Part shown: one piece after another, positions 26,480-30,498 of the stretch | How positions within the stretch are numbered: position 1 is the stretch's first letter | Layout of the letters: every line of letters starts with the position of its first letter | Assembly (NCBI GenBank): GCA_963579975.1 | Contig: CAUZJF010000001.1 | Location: 1-30,498 of the forward strand | DNA: 30,498 bases | Reading direction: 5' to 3' | From: Dehalococcoidia bacterium | Lineage (GTDB): Bacteria > Chloroflexota > Dehalococcoidia > Lucifugimonadales > CAUZJF01 | Notes under the pieces: generated by a model | What the model was told of the DNA's origin: nothing | Database searches by the model: none | What the model saw: only the letters and a program-made list of their open reading frames with translations | Position numbers and translations under genes: made by a program

Positions 26480-26924
26480 AGCGCGTCGTCAGACTCCGGA
26501 TTACCCGCAGGCCCCGGCGGAGGGGCTCCTGTCAGCCCACAGCGTCAAGGTGTTTATCGCCTTGGCTGTAGTAGTCGTAGCCTTCGGCTACTTCGCACTG
26601 ATCGCGTTTCAAAGTGCGACGCTGTTCTATTACACGGTCGGCGAACTACAGGACGTCGGCCCGACTGAGGAGGGCCGGAGCGTGCGGCTGAGCGGAAAGC
26701 TGGTGCCAGACTCTTACTCCAGAGACGGGGGCTCCACAATGGCACGGTTCGCACTCACAGACGGAGATGCGACCATCGAAGCCTTCCACAAAGGAGTCCT
26801 GCCCGACCTCTTTTTCAACGAACACTCCGAGATCATCCTGGAAGGCAGCTACCTGAACGACCGGAGGTTCCAGAGCCACGACGTCTCCGTCAAGTGTCCT
26901 TCGAAGTACATCGCGGCTAGCTAA
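26472..26924 (+). CDS. ccmE: Cytochrome c maturation heme chaperone CcmE, CxxxY type
   Basis: N-terminal TM helix, FYYTVGEL, VRLSGKLV, LPDLF..., IILEG, KCPSKY. Confidence 0.92.
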   Translation: MSEARRQTPDYPQAPAEGLLSAHSVKVFIALAVVVVAFGYFALIAFQSATLFYYTVGELQDVGPTEEGRSVRLSGKLVPDSYSRDGGSTMARFALTDGDATIEAFHKGVLPDLFFNEHSEIILEGSYLNDRRFQSHDVSVKCPSKYIAAS

Positions 26925-27180
26925 CCGCTGGCGTCGGCCCTTTTACCGGCTAGAACTTAAGGGATTTGTGCGCCCAGGTATTCCCGGCGGCGCGTAGGAG
27001 CGCGGGTGTGGGAGAGTAGTCGGGCTGGGGCTACGGTTAGGAGGGGCTAGTTCTTCGGAGCCGTTGAAAGAGGCGCTCGCGGAACGATTCAGGCGGTGCG
27101 GCGACCTTCGAAGAACCTAACCGGTTCACGGTCGCTCGCAATGTATTAACGAAGGCCGCGCATGGGCGGCACCATTCGAG

Positions 27181-27577
27181 ATGGGCCAGTATCTTGTCGG
27201 CCGCATCAGCGTCGAGCTCACCGAAGTGCTCCAGGGGTTGGGAGTACTATCATGGTTCCACCGTACCGACGTTTCGGGCAGCATTGGTATCAAGAAACCG
27301 GATCCGCGATTTTTCATGACCCTCCTGGATCTCAGCCGGTGTTGACACATCTGAGTCGGTGATGATTGGTGACCGGTTGGACAACGACATCATCCCGGCC
27401 AAGAGATTGGGTATGCGAACAGCCTGGTTACGCCGTGGACGGTATTCGCTTATGGCGCCGCGGACACCGGATGAGATTCCTAATGCGCCGATCTACGACC
27501 CTGGCGAATTGCGAAGCGCCGTGGCTTCGGTTGCGTCCGCCATCACACCCCAGCGCGACCGTTCGCCTGGTCGATGA
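27181..27577 (+). pseudogene. HAD-IA family hydrolase, C-terminal fragment with a +1 frameshift
   Basis: GIKKPDPRFF (motif III) and VMIGDRLDNDIIPAKRLGM (motif IV) join by removing one T at 27343. There is an in-frame stop at 27118 and no DxD motif I upstream. Confidence 0.7.
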
Positions 27578-28448
27578 TGTCGAGGCCGACCCTTTCGCTC
27601 CAGGCCGCCAGCAGCTGGTTGGTGATCGGGCCCGGCTTGCCGTCGCCTATGGGGCGCTTGTCTACGTACGTTACCGGTACCAGGCACCACGTCGTGCTGG
27701 TGAAAAAGGCCTCGTCGGCCGTGTACATGTCGTAGGGCTGCAGCTCCTCTTCACGGACCGGGATCTCCAGTTGCCGTGCGAGTTCGAACACCATCCCCCG
27801 GGAAACGCCCTGGAGTATGCTCCGGTCGTCCGACGTCCGGAGCACACCGTCCGTCACTATGAATACGTTGTAGCCGGAGCCTTCCGTCATGCTCCCCCGC
27901 TCGTCCCGTAGAATCGGGAGGGCTCCCGGATCGACGTCGTTGGCCTCCAGCTCCGCGAGGTTGAAGTTCATGCGGCTGTAGTGCTTGATCTTCGGGTCCA
28001 AGGCCTCCGGAGCGTGGCTCAAGGTCTTCGTAATGACTCCGTGGAGCCCGACGTCGTATGCGCCGGCGTAATTCTGGAAGTCGAGGGGGCCGATCTTGAT
28101 ACACACTCCAGCGTCGCGGGCCTGCCACGCTCGGCGCCCATATCCACGGGTAACGAACTGGTGGATGTTGAAGTCGCCGGCTTCGCCGAGCATGTCCATG
28201 TTGCGCTCGACGGCCTCCTCGCTGAGATCGATCATCTCCTGGGCGGTCATTCCCGGGTCTATACGGGTGTAGCTCAGGGACCGGTAGAGCCGGTCGATGT
28301 GTTCTTTCATTCGGAAGCTCTTGCCGTTGAACGTCCTGACGACCTCGAAGATCGTGTCTCCAACGAAGAACCCCCTGTCGGTCGGATTGATCCTGACCTC
28401 GCCAAAGGGCACCCATTCGCCGTTGAAGTAAGCCGTATATTCACCCAT
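27543..28448 (-). CDS. Aminotransferase class IV (IlvE / D-amino-acid aminotransferase / PabC family)
   Basis: DRGFFVGD.IFEVVRT, HIDRL..S, PKIKHYSRMN (PLP Lys), EGSGYNVF, ILQGVSR, ADEAFFTST, IGDGKPGPIT. Confidence 0.92.
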   Translation of the reverse strand: MGEYTAYFNGEWVPFGEVRINPTDRGFFVGDTIFEVVRTFNGKSFRMKEHIDRLYRSLSYTRIDPGMTAQEMIDLSEEAVERNMDMLGEAGDFNIHQFVTRGYGRRAWQARDAGVCIKIGPLDFQNYAGAYDVGLHGVITKTLSHAPEALDPKIKHYSRMNFNLAELEANDVDPGALPILRDERGSMTEGSGYNVFIVTDGVLRTSDDRSILQGVSRGMVFELARQLEIPVREEELQPYDMYTADEAFFTSTTWCLVPVTYVDKRPIGDGKPGPITNQLLAAWSERVGLDIIDQANGRAGV

Positions 28449-28556
28449 CCATGTCCTCCATCTGGCACATCTCGTTGAGTTCCAGTGAATTATAGCCCAT
28501 CGTTTGCCCGGATACCGCTGGCCGGTTTCACGTGACCCGTAGTATCGTGTGTCTCC

Positions 28557-29315
28557 GTGCCTGAAAGAAATTACAGACTTCTTCTACTCGACCTCGACGG
28601 CACCATCATAGGGCGCGAAGAGCTCGTATCGCCTCGGGTGGCCCAGGCCGTCGGCAGAGCAGCTCGCGTCCTGGAGATCAGCATCGCTACCGGCAGGGAG
28701 CAGGCCGACGCCAGGCGGTTCGCGCTGGAGCTGGGCCTGACCGCCCCGCAGGTCTGCGATAACGGCGCAATGGTCTTCGACCCCACTACCGGTCGCGACG
28801 TCTCGTCCGATCCTCTGGGCGAGGAGCGCTCGAAGCGCGTCTTCAGCAGGCTACGGGAGCTGCATCTGGCCTTCATCGGCACCTACCCGGGCGGGAGAGC
28901 CCTCGACCTGGACGGCACGGCGGACGAGGTTACGCGAATCTCGGCTCTCGATATCGACGAGGGCCAGGCCGATGAGCTCGTCGCATCTTACGAAGGCCTT
29001 CCCGACCTGCAAGTCGGGAAGGTATTTCTACCTTACAACGATATGTGGGCCGTCGATTTCACCGCTGCGGGGGTCGATAAGGGGAGCGCTGCCGTCAAAC
29101 TCGCCGAGTTGGCAGGGGTCGCTCCCAGCCAGTTGATTGCCGTCGGCGATAGCTACAACGACCTGCCTATGTTCCGCGCGTGCGGGCTGAGGGTCGCTAT
29201 GGAGCAGGCGCCCGACAAGTTGAAGGCGCTGGCCGATTTCGTCGCGCCGTCTGTAGAAGAAGACGGCCTGGCAGTAGCTATCGACGACTTCGTGCTGCCT
29301 CGACTGCGGGGTTAG
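28557..29315 (+). CDS. Cof-type HAD-IIB hydrolase
   Basis: LLDLDGTI, IATGR, CDNGA, GVDKGSA, AVGDSYNDLPMF. Confidence 0.9.
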   Translation: MPERNYRLLLLDLDGTIIGREELVSPRVAQAVGRAARVLEISIATGREQADARRFALELGLTAPQVCDNGAMVFDPTTGRDVSSDPLGEERSKRVFSRLRELHLAFIGTYPGGRALDLDGTADEVTRISALDIDEGQADELVASYEGLPDLQVGKVFLPYNDMWAVDFTAAGVDKGSAAVKLAELAGVAPSQLIAVGDSYNDLPMFRACGLRVAMEQAPDKLKALADFVAPSVEEDGLAVAIDDFVLPRLRG

Positions 29316-29986
29316 CCGATGGACGTCAGCGCGGGTCCAGCAAGGTGGGACGCGTCGTTGAAGCGGTCGATGCGGAACCCGTTGTTGAGCAGGGCGTCGG
29401 AGTCCCTTGTCCAGGCGATGGGATCGATTGTGAAGTCGAAGACCGCCGTGTTCTGTACGGGGATCTCCCATCCCTGTCTCGTCTGTAACACCGCGGAGAC
29501 AACATTTTGAATGATTCCGCCGTGGGCGAACATGACTACTACGTCGCCGTCGGCGTGGTCCCGGAGAGCCGTCTCGACCACTCGTCGCCCGCGGTCGCGG
29601 CGCTCCTCCAGCGACTCCGCGCCCTCCACGCCGGGGAACTTGCGCTCCGATTCGAGCGCGAAATCGATTTCGGGGTGCTTCGCGGGAATCTCCTCCCGGG
29701 TCAGACCGGAGACGATGCCTAGGTCGTGCTCCATGAGATCGTCCGAGAACCTGATGGGGACCGGCCACGGTACCGCGACGATCTCGGCCGTCTCTCTGGC
29801 CCGGGGCAGCGGGCTGGCGTATACGTGGGTTGGCTCCAGTCCCTCTTGCTCGAACCGGACGCGGAGCTTTTCCGCCTGCTCCCGCCCGGGAGCCGATAGC
29901 GGGAAGGCCGGCGCAGGCGTCTGTCCTTGAATGCGGCCTTCTGCGTTGGCCGTGGTCTCGCCGTGTCTTACGAGGATCAGCCTCAT
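29312..29986 (-). CDS. Histidine phosphatase family (phosphoglycerate mutase-like)
   Basis: LVRHGET..N, LS..GREQA, YASPL.RA.ETA, L.E..LG, AES, FAHGG, IDRFNDASHL. Confidence 0.9.
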   Translation of the reverse strand: MRLILVRHGETTANAEGRIQGQTPAPAFPLSAPGREQAEKLRVRFEQEGLEPTHVYASPLPRARETAEIVAVPWPVPIRFSDDLMEHDLGIVSGLTREEIPAKHPEIDFALESERKFPGVEGAESLEERRDRGRRVVETALRDHADGDVVVMFAHGGIIQNVVSAVLQTRQGWEIPVQNTAVFDFTIDPIAWTRDSDALLNNGFRIDRFNDASHLAGPALTSIG

Positions 29987-29994
29987 GTTTTTGA

Positions 29995-30498
29995 TCAGCT
30001 CCGGATCGCGGTTGGGGCTATCTCGCCCTTCTCGTCGGCCTCAAGCAGCGCAAGGAAGTCATAGCCAAGACGCTTGATTTCCGCGCTGCCGCCTTGATGA
30101 CGGTCGAGGATGCACATCACTTTAACCACTTCGCAATCCGCGGCCTCGATCTCTCTAATCGCGTGCAGCAGGCTACCGCCGGTGCTACAGGCGTCGTCGA
30201 CGACCGCCACCCGTAAGCCGGGAGCGATCGGCCCCTCTACGATCCGCTTCTGGCCATGCGTCTTGGGCTCTCCCCGGACTATTAGCCCTGGGACAGGGTA
30301 GCCGTCCAGATAGCTCAAAGCCGCAACCGCGCCTACTATCGGGTCAGCGCCCACGGTCGGACCTGCTATGGCCTGCGCGCCACATTCCCTCAGTGCCGGC
30401 AGAAACGCGGTGGCTACCCGGTGCGCTCCCTCGGCGTCGAGGGTGACCAGGCGGCCGTCGAAGTAGTAGCTGCTGGTCGCGCCGGAGGTGAGTTTGAA
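29995..30498 (-). CDS. pyrE: Orotate phosphoribosyltransferase (5' end outside the window)
   Basis: Frame open to the window edge: FKLTSGATSSYYFDGR, GPTVGADPI, VR..PKTHG, PRPP motif VVDDACSTGGS, ILDR. Confidence 0.93.
   Translation of the reverse strand, partial: FKLTSGATSSYYFDGRLVTLDAEGAHRVATAFLPALRECGAQAIAGPTVGADPIVGAVAALSYLDGYPVPGLIVRGEPKTHGQKRIVEGPIAPGLRVAVVDDACSTGGSLLHAIREIEAADCEVVKVMCILDRHQGGSAEIKRLGYDFLALLEADEKGEIAPTAIRS

Noticed and set aside
27050-27116. 8-bp inverted repeat GTTCTTCG / CGAAGAAC enclosing 51 bp
   Set aside because: Too short for a MITE, with no target-site duplication and no second copy in the window.

Overview
About 30.5 kb of GC-rich bacterial chromosome, probably Chloroflexota/Dehalococcoidia (SAR202-like). 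That assignment is an inference from GuaB3, a CxxxY-type CcmE, a DUF5667-type anti-sigma and GTAG-type palindromes. Intact genes: GGT-family enzyme, RraA/HMG aldolase, purM-like, TlpA redoxin, NUDIX, rph, MBL hydrolase, rimI, BldN-like ECF sigma, a heterodimeric ABC exporter pair, an RHH/RelE toxin-antitoxin pair, 2-hydroxyacid dehydrogenase, guaB3, alpha/beta hydrolase, Zn-ADH, ccmC-ccmD-ccmE, class IV aminotransferase, Cof-type HAD, histidine phosphatase and partial pyrE. Between them lie about ten broken or truncated accessory genes, reconstructed by reading across frames: a membrane/TPR-like fragment, a Kelch propeller, an AAA+ ATPase, a flippase, an anti-sigma, a methyltransferase, queG, an unknown fragment, a LamG-like surface protein and a HAD-IA hydrolase. 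Several intergenic regions carry REP-like palindromes. I found no tRNA, rRNA, CRISPR array, integrase or transposase, and no complete novel multi-gene system that I can support. The best leads are the lesion pattern, the REP-associated triple gene break, non-canonical active sites (ADH, PurM, CcmE), an extended CcmD and a candidate structured RNA at 13441-13620.
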